Source of the DNA: Spirochaetia bacterium
GTDB taxonomy: Bacteria; Spirochaetota; Spirochaetia; G963692905
Length of the DNA stretch: 64,000 nucleotides
NCBI GenBank assembly: GCA_965220165.1
Contig: CBDCPJ010000054.1
Location: forward strand, 385,708 to 449,707
Direction of reading: 5' to 3'
Of this stretch, positions 38,742 to 49,358 are shown piece after piece. The notes under the pieces were generated by a model. It was not told where the DNA came from. It did not search any database and was given only the letters and a program-made list of their open reading frames with translations. The stretch's first letter is position 1, and each line of letters opens with the position of its first letter. A program made the position numbers and the translations under genes.

Positions 38742-40463
38742 TTACATGCGATCCAGCGGGCTAATATTAATCATATCCAGGCCATTGCATAAGACTATCC
38801 TCGTCGCGCGAGCCAACGCCAATCGAGCCGTTCGCAATTGACGATCGTCGGCGGTGGCGATAGGGTTGCTTTGATAGAAACGCGAAAAAGATCGCCCCAA
38901 ATCGTAGAGATACCCAACAAGCGACGAAACATCCATGGCGATAGCCGACCGCTCCACTTGTTGGGGGAATTGGCCAAGAATATAACATAGTTCCCACTCA
39001 TCGTCGGAGGCGAGCAGTTCGAAATCGCAGTCAAACGTTTCGCCCTCGTCGCCAGCCCGTCGCAGTATGCTGGCTATCCTCGCGCTGACATATTGAAGAT
39101 ATGGACCGGTGTCGCCGTTGAACGAAAGCGATCGTTTGGGATCAAATATTATATCGCTCGCGGGATTAAACTTAAGAAGATAGTAGTGCACCGCCGCCAG
39201 CGCAATCGCCTCCGCCGAGTCCAACGAATCGTCGGTCAATTGACGCGAGCGTATCTCTTCTTTAGCCAAATCGGTCAATGAATCGAGCAACCAATCGGCA
39301 TCGACGACGACTCCCTCGCGCGATTTCATCTTGCCCTCGGGAAGATGCACCATCCCGTATGAGAGATGATGAAGATGATTTGCCCAAGAATAGCCTAGCA
39401 TCTTCATAACATGGAAAAAAACCTGAAAATGGTAGCGTTGCTCCGACGCGACCACATAAATTAGCTTATCAAATGGCCAATCCTCGCGGCGACGAATGGC
39501 GGTTCCAATATCTTGCGTAAGATAGAGCGACGTCCCGTCGCCGCGAAGCAGTACCTTGCTATCGAGGCCAATATCGCCAAGATCGACCATAATAGCCCCG
39601 TCGTCGGATCGATAAAAACATCCCTTGCGAAGACCTTGCGACACGGCCTCCTTTCCCTCGCGATACGTATCGCTCTCCAAGTCGATCCTATCAAAAGATA
39701 TGCCCGTGCGACGGTAGGTCTCTTCCATGCCTTTGATAGCCCATTCGTTCATTTTCTTCCACAGGGCTCGCACGGTGTCATCTCCGCGCTCCCACGCCCT
39801 TAGCATCTCGGATGCCTCGTGTTCGGCGCTTGGATATTCCTTGCTCCAGCGAGCAAATCGCATATACCACTCTCCAACGAAATGATCCGGCTTTTTGCGC
39901 GCCGTCTCGGGAGTCTCGCCATTGCCAAAACGGCGATAGGCGCTCATTGATTTGCATATATGGATGCCTCGATCGTTAATGAGATTGGCGGAGCGCGTTT
40001 CGGCCCCCGCCGCGCGCGAGACGCGCGCGAGACTTTCGCCGATAATGTTGTTGCGAAGGTGCCCAAGGTGAAGCGGCTTGTTGGTATTGGGGCTGGAAAA
40101 TTCAATCATAATCTTCCGCCCTCGCAACGCGTCGCCATGGCCAAAACGCTCTCGTTCCGATTCGACCGCGCGAAGAAGACGGCCAATGTAGTTACGGCGC
40201 CCATAGCGAATGTTTAAATAGGGTCCAGCGCTTGTCGCGCCTCCCCATTCATCGTCGGGCAACAGTTTGATAAGAGCCTGCGCGATACTCTGGGGCGATT
40301 GACGAAGCGGCTTCGCGTAGGGATAGAGCGGGAATGAGAGATCGCCGAGCGATCTATTGGGAGGAGTTTCAGATGCTACGCCATCAAGCAAATCGATTTC
40401 CGGAGACAATTGACGCAACGCCTCTTTTACCCGGCGTTGCCAAAGATCAAGGAATTGCCGCAT
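38742..40463 (-). CDS. argS: Arginine--tRNA ligase
   Basis: 573 aa; class I HIGH region PNTNKPLHLGHLRN; C-terminal DALR anticodon-binding region. Confidence 0.9.
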   Translation of the reverse strand: MRQFLDLWQRRVKEALRQLSPEIDLLDGVASETPPNRSLGDLSFPLYPYAKPLRQSPQSIAQALIKLLPDDEWGGATSAGPYLNIRYGRRNYIGRLLRAVESERERFGHGDALRGRKIMIEFSSPNTNKPLHLGHLRNNIIGESLARVSRAAGAETRSANLINDRGIHICKSMSAYRRFGNGETPETARKKPDHFVGEWYMRFARWSKEYPSAEHEASEMLRAWERGDDTVRALWKKMNEWAIKGMEETYRRTGISFDRIDLESDTYREGKEAVSQGLRKGCFYRSDDGAIMVDLGDIGLDSKVLLRGDGTSLYLTQDIGTAIRRREDWPFDKLIYVVASEQRYHFQVFFHVMKMLGYSWANHLHHLSYGMVHLPEGKMKSREGVVVDADWLLDSLTDLAKEEIRSRQLTDDSLDSAEAIALAAVHYYLLKFNPASDIIFDPKRSLSFNGDTGPYLQYVSARIASILRRAGDEGETFDCDFELLASDDEWELCYILGQFPQQVERSAIAMDVSSLVGYLYDLGRSFSRFYQSNPIATADDRQLRTARLALARATRIVLCNGLDMINISPLDRM

Positions 40464-40484
40464 ACAAGTCTTTCCGCGAGGGGA

Positions 40485-41894
40485 CTAATTTACCTCGGGA
40501 AGATTATCCAACGCTTTATCTATCTCATCCTTGGGATAGGCGTATTTATGAAGCTTTCCCGCGTTAAAATCAAGGTATGCCCCCATATCGAAGTGCCCAT
40601 GTCCGCAGAGATTAAAAAATATTGTTTTCGCTTTCCCGTCTCGTTTGCAAATCAGCGCCTCATTGATAGCTTGGGCGACCGCATGGTTTGCCTCGGGGGC
40701 GGGAATGATGCCCTCCGCGCGGGCAAACTGAATCCCCGCTTTGAATGTGGAGATTTGATCGATCGAGAGCGCTTCGATGAGCCCCAATTGAGCGATATGG
40801 CTTACCAATGGAGCCATGCCGTGGTAGCGCAACCCTCCGGCATGGAACGCGGGAGGAATAAATTGGCTCCCCAAAGTATACATTTTAAGCAATGGGGTTA
40901 GATGCCCGGTATCGCCAAAATCATACGCAAAGCGGCCTTTGGTGAGGGTGGGACATGCCGCGGGTTCCACCGCGATTATTCGCGTATCCTGTTCTCCGCG
41001 AAGTTTTTTGCCCAAAAATGGGAAGGCTGCTCCGGCAAAATTAGATCCGCCGCCGACGCACCCAATGACAATATCGGGATAGTCGTCAGCCATCGCAAAC
41101 TGCTCTAGCGACTCGAGTCCGATGACGGTCTGGTGCAACAGGACATGGTTGAGCACGCTCCCCAACGCATAATTGGTATTGTCGCGTTGCGCGGCATATT
41201 CTACCGCTTCGGAAATTGCGATGCCGAGCGATCCCGTCGAATCGGGAGTCTGCTCTAAAATGGTCCGCCCTACCTGCGTCTCGTCGCTTGGGCTGGCGGA
41301 CAGCTTGGCGCCGTATGATTCGATAAGCCCTCGACGATAGGGCTTCTGTTCAAAACTTACCTTAACCATAAATACCGAGCACTGAAGATCAAAAAATGCG
41401 CAGGCCATCGCGAGCGCCGATCCCCATTGCCCCGCGCCGGTTTCGGTAGAGAGGCCTGTAATTCCCGCCTCTTTGTTATAGAAGGCCTGAGCGACCGCGG
41501 TATTTGGTTTGTGGCTCCCGGCAGGACTCACTCCTTCGTATTTGTAGTAAATTTTGGCGGGCGTATCGAGCATTTTTTCCAATCGAACGGCCCTCTTAAG
41601 CGGCGACGGGCGCCAGATACGATAGATATCGCGAACAGGTTGCGGTATTTCGATTTCGCGCTCGGCGCTCATCTCCTGTTCAATCAACGCCATAGGGAAT
41701 ATCGCGCGCAAATCATCGGGGCCCGCCGGCTGTTTGGTCCCCGGATGAAGCGGCGGCGCCATTGGCTCGGGGAGGTCGGACTGTATATTATACCAAGCCT
41801 TCGGGACGGCGCCATTAGGCAATAGAAATGTAATATCTTCCATAGTTACATAATACCGTCGGATTCCCGCGAGGTCAAGCTGATAATTACGCAT
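40485..41894 (-). CDS. trpB: Tryptophan synthase beta chain, TrpB2 (long) type, stand-alone
   Basis: 469 aa (likely start MEDITF at 41843); PLP-lysine context GSHKPN; TrpB2-specific N-terminal extension; no trpA adjacent. Confidence 0.8.
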   Translation of the reverse strand: MRNYQLDLAGIRRYYVTMEDITFLLPNGAVPKAWYNIQSDLPEPMAPPLHPGTKQPAGPDDLRAIFPMALIEQEMSAEREIEIPQPVRDIYRIWRPSPLKRAVRLEKMLDTPAKIYYKYEGVSPAGSHKPNTAVAQAFYNKEAGITGLSTETGAGQWGSALAMACAFFDLQCSVFMVKVSFEQKPYRRGLIESYGAKLSASPSDETQVGRTILEQTPDSTGSLGIAISEAVEYAAQRDNTNYALGSVLNHVLLHQTVIGLESLEQFAMADDYPDIVIGCVGGGSNFAGAAFPFLGKKLRGEQDTRIIAVEPAACPTLTKGRFAYDFGDTGHLTPLLKMYTLGSQFIPPAFHAGGLRYHGMAPLVSHIAQLGLIEALSIDQISTFKAGIQFARAEGIIPAPEANHAVAQAINEALICKRDGKAKTIFFNLCGHGHFDMGAYLDFNAGKLHKYAYPKDEIDKALDNLPEVN

Positions 41895-41999
41895 ATCGTC
41901 AAGAAAGAGCGATAATCGCGCGCGTTATTTACTATAACGTCAACAGCAATAAGCTGCCATTTTACTTTTTTCGAAAAATAAATATACTACTATAATGCT

Positions 42000-42839
42000 A
42001 TGTTGATACAGAAAATAGGCAAAACAATATTGTTCATTATTTTGCTGTTAGGGGCTGGTTATATATTCTTCGCCGGATGGATGCAACTTCGCGTCGGCCC
42101 GAATATGGCGGGAATCGCCCGCACCAAAACCGGTGGCTGGCATCGACGCCCAATAACGCCCGGAACATTTACATGGCTCTGGGAGGCTGCTATTCCCGGC
42201 AATCTTGCGCTCTATAATTATTCGCTGAACCCGCGCCAACCTATAATTGAGGTCGATGGATCGCTCCCGTCGGGAGATCTTTATAGTCTCTATCTCCCGG
42301 GCAACCCCCAATTTGCATATAGCGCCGCGATAGGCGTTCACTATCGCATTCGCATTGATAGAATCGCCCATCTGGCCGAAAATGAGGGTACGTTGCCCGA
42401 CCAGCTGGAAAATTGGTATAGAATCAACGATCTACGGATAGAAGCGGCGCTTGTCGACGAGATACATAAACTATTTCGCGAGAACGGCGCGGCGCGCCAT
42501 GGCGAAATTGAGCAACAGATCCTTGGAAGGATGGAAAACGAATTTATCGACATTGAGGTTGTATCGGTCTACGTGTTGCGTATGAACCTTCCCGATACCG
42601 ATCTCTACAAGGTCGCGAAAGAATCCTATTTAGCTATCGCGCGGCAATCGGAACAGGGCCCGGAAGACAGCGCCTCAAACAATTCGTTTCAACAGACGCG
42701 ACTCATCGCGCATATCAATACGCTCAAACAGCTTGGGGATATACTCAACGATAGCCCCGAAATCATTGAATATATCAAACTCGCTCAAGACAACCCCGAG
42801 CTATTTGATAATATCTTCCCCGATATAACAGAACAATAG
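42000..42839 (+). CDS. Hypothetical membrane-anchored protein (possibly SPFH/Band-7-like)
   Basis: 279 aa; one N-terminal TM; the following region is vaguely SPFH-like. Weak assignment. Confidence 0.4.
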   Translation: MLIQKIGKTILFIILLLGAGYIFFAGWMQLRVGPNMAGIARTKTGGWHRRPITPGTFTWLWEAAIPGNLALYNYSLNPRQPIIEVDGSLPSGDLYSLYLPGNPQFAYSAAIGVHYRIRIDRIAHLAENEGTLPDQLENWYRINDLRIEAALVDEIHKLFRENGAARHGEIEQQILGRMENEFIDIEVVSVYVLRMNLPDTDLYKVAKESYLAIARQSEQGPEDSASNNSFQQTRLIAHINTLKQLGDILNDSPEIIEYIKLAQDNPELFDNIFPDITEQ

Positions 42840-42863
42840 CGAACTGCGACCATAACGCGTCGA

Positions 42864-43496
42864 CTACGATTCGCCAAAATCTCGCGCCATAATGAGTTTT
42901 CCGGTTATCATAGCGATAGAAAGCGTATGACCTACCACTCTATTGCTTAACCCCGAGCCCTCTCCGGCTTCCCAGCTGATACCGTCCAATTCCCATTGAA
43001 GACCGCGGCTTTTCATCGAGCACCGTTCGCGGCCAACGGGAAAGAATGAGACAATGTTGCCGCGAAGGTCATGACGCTCGAGCTTGTCGTCAATCAGGGC
43101 TACCTCGCACCGATCGGTCCACCAAGACGACGGGGGATTGGGGCGATGAAATAGCGATAGCAACGCTACGATATGATCAAAACGACCGCCGCCGCCGCCG
43201 ACGATGGTGATCGCTGTCGCGCCTTGACTCCGCGCCAAATCGATCGCCAATTCCGTATCGCTATGGTCTTTTTCCCGGGCATAGAGCAAAACCCGATCCT
43301 TGGAAATATCGTCAAGCAATGAACGGCGACGCAATGAGTCGCCATCGCCCACAAACCAATCGGCTTTCCAGCCGATCGCGCTCGCGGTATCGAGCCCTGA
43401 GTCGGCCGCTATAACAAGATCGCTGTCTCGATAGAGCCGGTCGACGATATCGCGTCGATTTGGAAACGCGCCGCCAACGGCAATTATACAGCGCAT
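42864..43496 (-). CDS. Thiamine pyrophosphokinase
   Basis: 210 aa; IAADSG...GDGDS motif arrangement and size fit the TPK family. Confidence 0.65.
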   Translation of the reverse strand: MRCIIAVGGAFPNRRDIVDRLYRDSDLVIAADSGLDTASAIGWKADWFVGDGDSLRRRSLLDDISKDRVLLYAREKDHSDTELAIDLARSQGATAITIVGGGGGRFDHIVALLSLFHRPNPPSSWWTDRCEVALIDDKLERHDLRGNIVSFFPVGRERCSMKSRGLQWELDGISWEAGEGSGLSNRVVGHTLSIAMITGKLIMARDFGES

Positions 43497-43664
43497 AGCG
43501 CTACCTTATCGCGCTTATTGAATATTGACAATTACCTACTCTTTGCCTTGCCGCAATAGCATCTTTGGTTTGGTATCGCAACGCGATTTGCGCGGGAAGA
43601 GGATGGAAATAGAAAATTGCGAGAGGCTATTGCGAAACTGGGCTTACTATGAGATGATAGCGAT

Positions 43665-43946
43665 ATGAAAGCTATATTTAAGAATTGCGTCATCGCTGAA
43701 AGCAATGCTACCATACGTTTGGAAAATAATGAATATTTCCCCCGAGAAAGCGTGCGATCGCAACACCTGCAAAAAAGCGAAACAACCTATCATTGCACTT
43801 GGAAAGGCGAGTGTGAATATTACAATGTCGCGATAGGAGACGAAGTGTTGCAAGACGGAGCATGGTCATATCTTAAGCCTGCTCCCGCCGCGGAAAATAT
43901 CGCCGGCCATATCGCATTTGCTCGCGGAATAGATATATCCTCCTAA
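43665..43946 (+). CDS. DUF427 domain protein
   Basis: 93 aa; ENNEYFP...C.WKG.C.YY pattern characteristic of DUF427. Confidence 0.55.
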   Translation: MKAIFKNCVIAESNATIRLENNEYFPRESVRSQHLQKSETTYHCTWKGECEYYNVAIGDEVLQDGAWSYLKPAPAAENIAGHIAFARGIDISS

Positions 43947-43991
43947 TATTGATATATCCTCGCTACGTTTAACCGGCGTCATAATCATTCG

Positions 43992-45068
43992 CTACTCTAC
44001 GTCGTCGCCGCTCAGGGGATAGTCGCGTTGCCGGATATTGCCTGCTTGCTCGTACGCTCTCCCGCTGATCGCCGCGGCGATGTTTGAGGCGTGGCGGTGA
44101 CATGTGGTAATAAATACCCGATACCTACTCTGGTCTCCGGCGGTTGCGGTTCCAGCCACATAGAGACCGGGCGGCGAGCATTCCATCGTCTGCGGATTGA
44201 AGAGCGGACATCGATCGTCGCCGACAAGCGAGACGCCGAGCGAACGATAGATGCTCCAATCTGGATGATAGCCGGTCGCGAGAAATACAAAATCGACCCG
44301 TCGCGTTATGGTTCGTTGCCGCTTTGTGTCTCGCAAAAACGCTACGCCGTCGGCGATTCGCTCTACCTCTGTATTGGGAAGAAAGGCTATCTTGTTATGC
44401 CTCATCAACAGCTCGATCTCCAGTTTGTTGCGCGCCAATATTCCGTGATCGGGAAGTTGAGGCGCTCGATAGCTAACGGCAACATAGGCCCCTACGCGCC
44501 ATGCCCTAATCGCGGCCTCCAGCGCGGAATTGCGTCCGCCGACAATGAGCAACTTTTGGCGAAAATATCGATGGGGATCGCCAAATTTATGTGAAACATA
44601 GTGGAGGTCTTCGCCCTCTATGCCGATTCGCCGCTCGATAACGTTGCCTCCGGTCGCCAAAATAAGATAGCGACATCGACATCGAAATTGGCCGCTTCTA
44701 TTCGCTATCAATAGTTCGAAGCGATTGCCGTCGGCATCTTTGGGCTCTATCGCGCGCGCGTCGACAACGTTATGATAGAGCAACACGTCAAGCCTCAATA
44801 TCTCCGTCACCTGTCTAAGATAGGCAAGATATTGTTCTCCGACGATACGTTGTTGGCTTTCGGTTTGGATAGGAATACCGCAAATAGCAAGCCATTCGGG
44901 AGAACTAAAAAAGAGCGTGTTGGGTGGATAGCGAAAAATAGTCTCTCCAATTTGCCCCGCTTCGACATGGAGATAGTCGACACTGTTAGCTGCCAGCGCC
45001 GCGGCAACCTCTATTCCTATAGGGCCGGCTCCAATAATGACAACCTCTTTCGATGCTGGAATCGACAT
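43992..45068 (-). CDS. NAD(P)/FAD-dependent oxidoreductase (YpdA/TrxB-like pyridine nucleotide-disulfide oxidoreductase)
   Basis: 358 aa; two Rossmann GxGxxG motifs (IIGAGPIG, IVGGRNSALEAA); GD near the C-terminus. Confidence 0.7.
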   Translation of the reverse strand: MSIPASKEVVIIGAGPIGIEVAAALAANSVDYLHVEAGQIGETIFRYPPNTLFFSSPEWLAICGIPIQTESQQRIVGEQYLAYLRQVTEILRLDVLLYHNVVDARAIEPKDADGNRFELLIANRSGQFRCRCRYLILATGGNVIERRIGIEGEDLHYVSHKFGDPHRYFRQKLLIVGGRNSALEAAIRAWRVGAYVAVSYRAPQLPDHGILARNKLEIELLMRHNKIAFLPNTEVERIADGVAFLRDTKRQRTITRRVDFVFLATGYHPDWSIYRSLGVSLVGDDRCPLFNPQTMECSPPGLYVAGTATAGDQSRYRVFITTCHRHASNIAAAISGRAYEQAGNIRQRDYPLSGDDVE

Positions 45069-45091
45069 AGCGAATTGCGCGGAGTTTTCCC

Positions 45092-45745
45092 TTAGGAGAT
45101 TGCTCGCAATAGCGAGCGAATAGCCTTTCCTCTATGAGATAGGCGATCTTTTTGCTCGTCCAAGATCGTAGCGGCATGCATTTTTATTTCGGGAAGATAG
45201 AATAGAGGATCATAGCCAAAACCCCTCTCGCCTTCCATCGTTTCGGCGATAGCGCCTTCCCATGTCTCCTGCGCGACAAAGAACCGCTCTTCGCTAAAAA
45301 TTAGCGCAACACAGCATACATACCAGGCGCGGCGATTCTCTATTCCTCGCATAGTCTCTAACAACAACCTCGAACGCCCCGCGTCGTCGAGCTTTTGATC
45401 GGGCGCCCCAAATCGAGCCGAGCGAACACCCGGTTTTCCGTCCAGCGCTTCGACGCATATTCCCGAGTCGTCGGCCATTGTAGGACGGCGCGTGATACGA
45501 AACAGCTCGAGGGCTTTGCCCATAGCATTTGCTAAAAACGTTTCGCCAACCTCCTCGTAGAAAAAATCGACGCCAACCTGCCGGGGCGTATGGAGCTCTA
45601 TGGACGCGTCAGACAGAATGCGCCTAAATTCGCGGGCTTTATGGGAATTATTGGTCGCAAGAACTATATCGCGCGGTCGCCGCTCGCCACGTCCCGAACC
45701 GGCGTTGTTCATATTGGACGCGCCTCCCGCCGCTTCATTATCCAA
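45092..45745 (-). CDS. rdgB: Non-canonical purine NTP pyrophosphatase (RdgB/HAM1)
   Basis: 217 aa; IVLATNNSHKAREF N-terminal motif and size. The true start is probably internal (the N-terminal 20 aa of the ORF is low-complexity). Confidence 0.8.
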   Translation of the reverse strand: MDNEAAGGASNMNNAGSGRGERRPRDIVLATNNSHKAREFRRILSDASIELHTPRQVGVDFFYEEVGETFLANAMGKALELFRITRRPTMADDSGICVEALDGKPGVRSARFGAPDQKLDDAGRSRLLLETMRGIENRRAWYVCCVALIFSEERFFVAQETWEGAIAETMEGERGFGYDPLFYLPEIKMHAATILDEQKDRLSHRGKAIRSLLRAIS

Positions 45746-47060
45746 TGCGGCGGGCCTCCAGGTAGTAGCGCTTTTCGGCGGCGGATCCTAGCGAGAACAT
45801 TTTTCGGGGCAACGGGCCGCTTCGAACGACGCGGCGAAATAGCCCTTCTGTTTCGATCGGCGGATAGAGAAGCCCTACGGAATCGGAATGCTCGCCCAAC
45901 CGCGCCAATTCATCGTCTCCATGGATATAGTCGATTGTCGGACGCTCGCCAACTCTTTTTGACGTTACGAGCATTATAAGACGCTGCTCAAGATGTTCGG
46001 CGGGATAGCGATCGTCGTCGCTATCGATGGCAATCATCCCATTTAATGTTTTACTGATAAATCCGCAATAGCGTATCGATTCTCCCGAACGCCGCTTGGT
46101 TTCGTTTGCCTCTCGGCAGGCCGCTATCGCGTCGTTCGCGTCGTATAAGCGCTCGCCGCTCCAGCGAGGGTGTTCCCGCAATTGGTCCCAGAGCCGCTCG
46201 GGCGAGCAGGCAAATATGACGCGATGGATGGGCTCGATATGCAACGCGGGGTCGTATAGGTTAATCAATTCGACAAGCGCGTAGCGGCTTGGATGGGATA
46301 GATCGCCGCCGTAATCCTGCGACCAGATACGCCGCGCGGCCGCCAACGAGTGGTTCCCGTCGCCCGCCATATAGAGAGGAAGCGACTCTTCGCCTCCCGC
46401 GGCGCGCTGGGAAGCCGATAGTTCCTCTAGGCGATCGACAATATGGGCTTGGTCTTCTCGAGATGAGAGCGCGTAGCCGCTAACCGCTCCCCCGTCCGCC
46501 ATAAGCTCGGTGTCGTAGAGTCTCTCAAGTCGATCGCGTCGATGCAAAAGCGGCGCGAATACCCGACGCTCTGAATCGTTAACCAACACGATGATATGCG
46601 GCATATCCAATAGCGCCCCGCGGCGTATGGAGACGCGGGCGGGAAGCCTCGACTCGATCGTCTCCTCGGTGGGCTGAATGAGCCCTCCAAGGTCCAAGTT
46701 ATATCTACTGAGATCGACCGGCGCGAGCAAACCTATACGTCGCTTTCCGGAAGGCAACGTTCTATCGACCAATACCCAACAGGGGTCGCGCTCCTCCAGC
46801 GTTCCATCGGACAGGTAACGACGCGCCGTCGCCGTCACCTCGCTTCGTCTCGATTCCAATTGATCAAGGTAAATTTCGGGAACTATAAGACGCAACGTGG
46901 AGGGAGACGAACCTACAATCGCCTCGACTCTACTCCAATAGTCGGGATTTGCGGTGTGTTGATCGCAAGCGATCGTCGACCATCGTTTTAGATCGATGTC
47001 GGCTCGAGGAAGCAATATCGGCGCTAGTCCCAACCCCACACGTTCCATCCTTTGTATCAT
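45738..47060 (-). CDS. DUF1015 domain protein
   Basis: 440 aa; ACDQHT... motif and size typical of DUF1015 (COG4198). Confidence 0.55.
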   Translation of the reverse strand: MIQRMERVGLGLAPILLPRADIDLKRWSTIACDQHTANPDYWSRVEAIVGSSPSTLRLIVPEIYLDQLESRRSEVTATARRYLSDGTLEERDPCWVLVDRTLPSGKRRIGLLAPVDLSRYNLDLGGLIQPTEETIESRLPARVSIRRGALLDMPHIIVLVNDSERRVFAPLLHRRDRLERLYDTELMADGGAVSGYALSSREDQAHIVDRLEELSASQRAAGGEESLPLYMAGDGNHSLAAARRIWSQDYGGDLSHPSRYALVELINLYDPALHIEPIHRVIFACSPERLWDQLREHPRWSGERLYDANDAIAACREANETKRRSGESIRYCGFISKTLNGMIAIDSDDDRYPAEHLEQRLIMLVTSKRVGERPTIDYIHGDDELARLGEHSDSVGLLYPPIETEGLFRRVVRSGPLPRKMFSLGSAAEKRYYLEARRIG

Positions 47061-47899
47061 TGAACCGAATATTCCGCCGCGGCGCGGGGAAAACCTATAT
47101 CGGAGAAAAAACTATCTCGGCGTTTATGAATAAAATTGAGCATATAATATTGTTTGCCGTCAAAAAATTGACGTTCCAACGCGGCGGCCAACTTCCCTAT
47201 ATAGCGATAATGCCAGCTTTCATAGATATATCCTGTCAAATGTTCCATTCCTGATGGATAGGAGAGCGAAAATCCATATGATGAGGCGTTGGCCTCTAAC
47301 CAGCGAGACGCTTCGGTATCGGCAAATCCCAATGAGATAGAGCCAAAATCGATCGTGGTGCCCAACTGATGTTGCGACGCGCCCGGAAGCGCCACCTCTC
47401 TGCTTGCTTGTTCCAAGCCAATAAGACGAACTTCTCGGTCATAGATTTCCGCTTGATAGTCATAGGAGCGATAGGCCGACGCAATCTCTAAAACAATTCC
47501 CTCTTCCGCCGCCGCATCCGACATTTCCAACAAATCGGCAATCGCCGAACGGCTTATAAGCATATCAGGACGTAGCAATACCAGACGATCGCCATAATCG
47601 TCGATCGCGACGAGATCGCTTGGAACATATGTCGGCGAAAGCGGCGAGTGTCTGTCTACTAGCGCGACGAGGTCGGGGCGGTGCGATAAAACCGCTATAA
47701 CATAGGCGTTGAATAGATCGGGACGTTCCAATATCGATTGTTGGATAGAGTCGGGCAACTCGCCCACAATTTCATCTAATTGATGGGAGTCGGCTACAGA
47801 GGCTATTCCAAATAGAAGCGATAGCGCAAGAAAGATAGCGATAGGGGGCGAATATTGCCCCGCGCGGCAATGCGACTCTATCGTTATTCGCTCGACCAT
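47057..47899 (-). CDS. M15 family metallopeptidase (D-alanyl-D-alanine carboxypeptidase, VanY-like)
   Basis: 280 aa; signal peptide; SxHxxGxAxD-type motif (SQHQLGTTIDF) and C-terminal SWHYRY. Confidence 0.7.
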   Translation of the reverse strand: MVERITIESHCRAGQYSPPIAIFLALSLLFGIASVADSHQLDEIVGELPDSIQQSILERPDLFNAYVIAVLSHRPDLVALVDRHSPLSPTYVPSDLVAIDDYGDRLVLLRPDMLISRSAIADLLEMSDAAAEEGIVLEIASAYRSYDYQAEIYDREVRLIGLEQASREVALPGASQHQLGTTIDFGSISLGFADTEASRWLEANASSYGFSLSYPSGMEHLTGYIYESWHYRYIGKLAAALERQFFDGKQYYMLNFIHKRRDSFFSDIGFPRAAAEYSVQ

Positions 47900-48867
47900 A
47901 TATTGAGAGCCCCTTCGACAGCGAGGGGTTCAATTTCGGCAAGCTCCTCCGGACTAATTTCGAGCCGTTTGAGCGCGGCGATATTTTCCGCGAGCTGTTC
48001 CGCGCGGCTTGCGCCGATCAGCGAAGAGGTGACGCGTTTGTCTCGCAACGTCCACACGATGGCCAACTGCGCGAGAGTCTGCCCCCTTTTCCGCGCGATG
48101 GCGTCGAGGGCCGATACCCTTCGCATGTTTTCTTCCCGAAGAAATTTCTTGCTAAAGAATTCCGGCGCCGTCTTTGCCCTCGCGTCTTCGGGGATGCCGC
48201 CGAGGTAACGGTTGGTAAGCAATCCCTGCGCAAGCGGAGAAAAGACGATGCATCCCATGCCCGATCGCTCAAGCTCATCCAAAAGCCCCTTCTCGATCCA
48301 GCGATTGAAAAGAGAATAGGATGGTTGATGAATGAGGCAGGGCGCTCCCATCTCGCGCAACAGGCGGGCGGCTCGCGCCGTCTCTTCGGGGGGATAGGAA
48401 GAAATTCCAACATAAAGAGCCTTGCCCTGCTTGACCGCGCTGGCTAACGCGCCCATTGTCTCTTCGAGCGGCGTTTTGGGATCAAATCGATGCGAGTAAA
48501 AAATATCCACATAGTCTAGGCCCATACGGCGAAGGCTCTGATCGAGGCTTGAGAGAAGATACTTTCGCGATCCCCACTCTCCATAGGGGCCGGGCCACAT
48601 ATAATATCCCGCTTTTGTCGATATAATGAGCTCGTCGCGATAGGGACGAAGATCAGAGGCCATAACGCGCCCAAAATTCTCTTCCGCCGACCCGGGCGGG
48701 GGGCCGTAATTGTTGGCCAAATCAAAATGGCAAATGCCATGGTCGAATGCCAAAAAGAGCATTTCGCGAATCGCGCTCATCGACTGCAGACCGCCAAAAT
48801 TATTCCATAAGCCGAGCGATATTACCGGAAGTTGTATTCCGCTTTCGCCGCAACGGCGATAAACCAT
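47884..48867 (-). CDS. Aldo/keto reductase (YghZ/Kv-beta-like)
   Basis: Likely start MVYRRCGESGIQLPVISLGLW (ATG at 48867; the ORF track extends to 48921). AKR catalytic tetrad context present. Confidence 0.8.
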   Translation of the reverse strand: MVYRRCGESGIQLPVISLGLWNNFGGLQSMSAIREMLFLAFDHGICHFDLANNYGPPPGSAEENFGRVMASDLRPYRDELIISTKAGYYMWPGPYGEWGSRKYLLSSLDQSLRRMGLDYVDIFYSHRFDPKTPLEETMGALASAVKQGKALYVGISSYPPEETARAARLLREMGAPCLIHQPSYSLFNRWIEKGLLDELERSGMGCIVFSPLAQGLLTNRYLGGIPEDARAKTAPEFFSKKFLREENMRRVSALDAIARKRGQTLAQLAIVWTLRDKRVTSSLIGASRAEQLAENIAALKRLEISPEELAEIEPLAVEGALNIWSSE

Positions 48868-49027
48868 CTCAGAACTATAACGTTTTATATTTGGTAGATA
48901 AATCATACGGTATTGTATCATATTGGCGCGGTCGTCTCAATACAATTAGCGCGCGCTCTGCTCCGCGGCGAATGATATACGACCCAGTGACGGTATATCG
49001 CTCTATTGGCGGAGCGTTGCTTTGTAG

Positions 49028-49198
49028 AATGGGTTTGGGCGTTGCGGGCGTCGCGCTGATCGATCTACTATTGAGGGATGTCGCCCGCAGAGGGGGGAGC
49101 GCAATAGCGCAGGGGCGAGCCCAGCGGAGCGCGAGCGGAGCTGGATCAGCGCGCCCCGATCAGCGCTATGGAGCGCGGGGGGAGACTTCCCCCTTCTC
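49028..49198 (+). repeat. Intergenic dispersed repeat, copy C, in the divergent aldo/keto reductase / hisD promoter region
   Basis: GGGTTTGGGCGTTGCGGGC...GAGGGGGGAGCGCAATAGCGC...GGAGCGCGAGCGGAGC...GCGCTATGGAGCGCGGGGGGAGACTTCCCCC. Confidence 0.7.
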
Positions 49199-49358
49199 TT
49201 TTTATGGGCGAAATAAATAATTTTACAATTATAGTTTATGAGAAATGCGCCGACATTTATAATGGCTGTCCTGTCGGCGCAGTTCCCCTCCCAGTTTCTG
49301 CGTCGGCAACCAGCCTTTTTTTGTTTTTTGCGCGGCTCCATTTGCCGGCGCCGCGATT

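Noticed and set aside
43497-43664. TPP riboswitch upstream of the thiamine pyrophosphokinase gene
   Set aside because: No CUGAGA core or other THI-box consensus is present in the leader.
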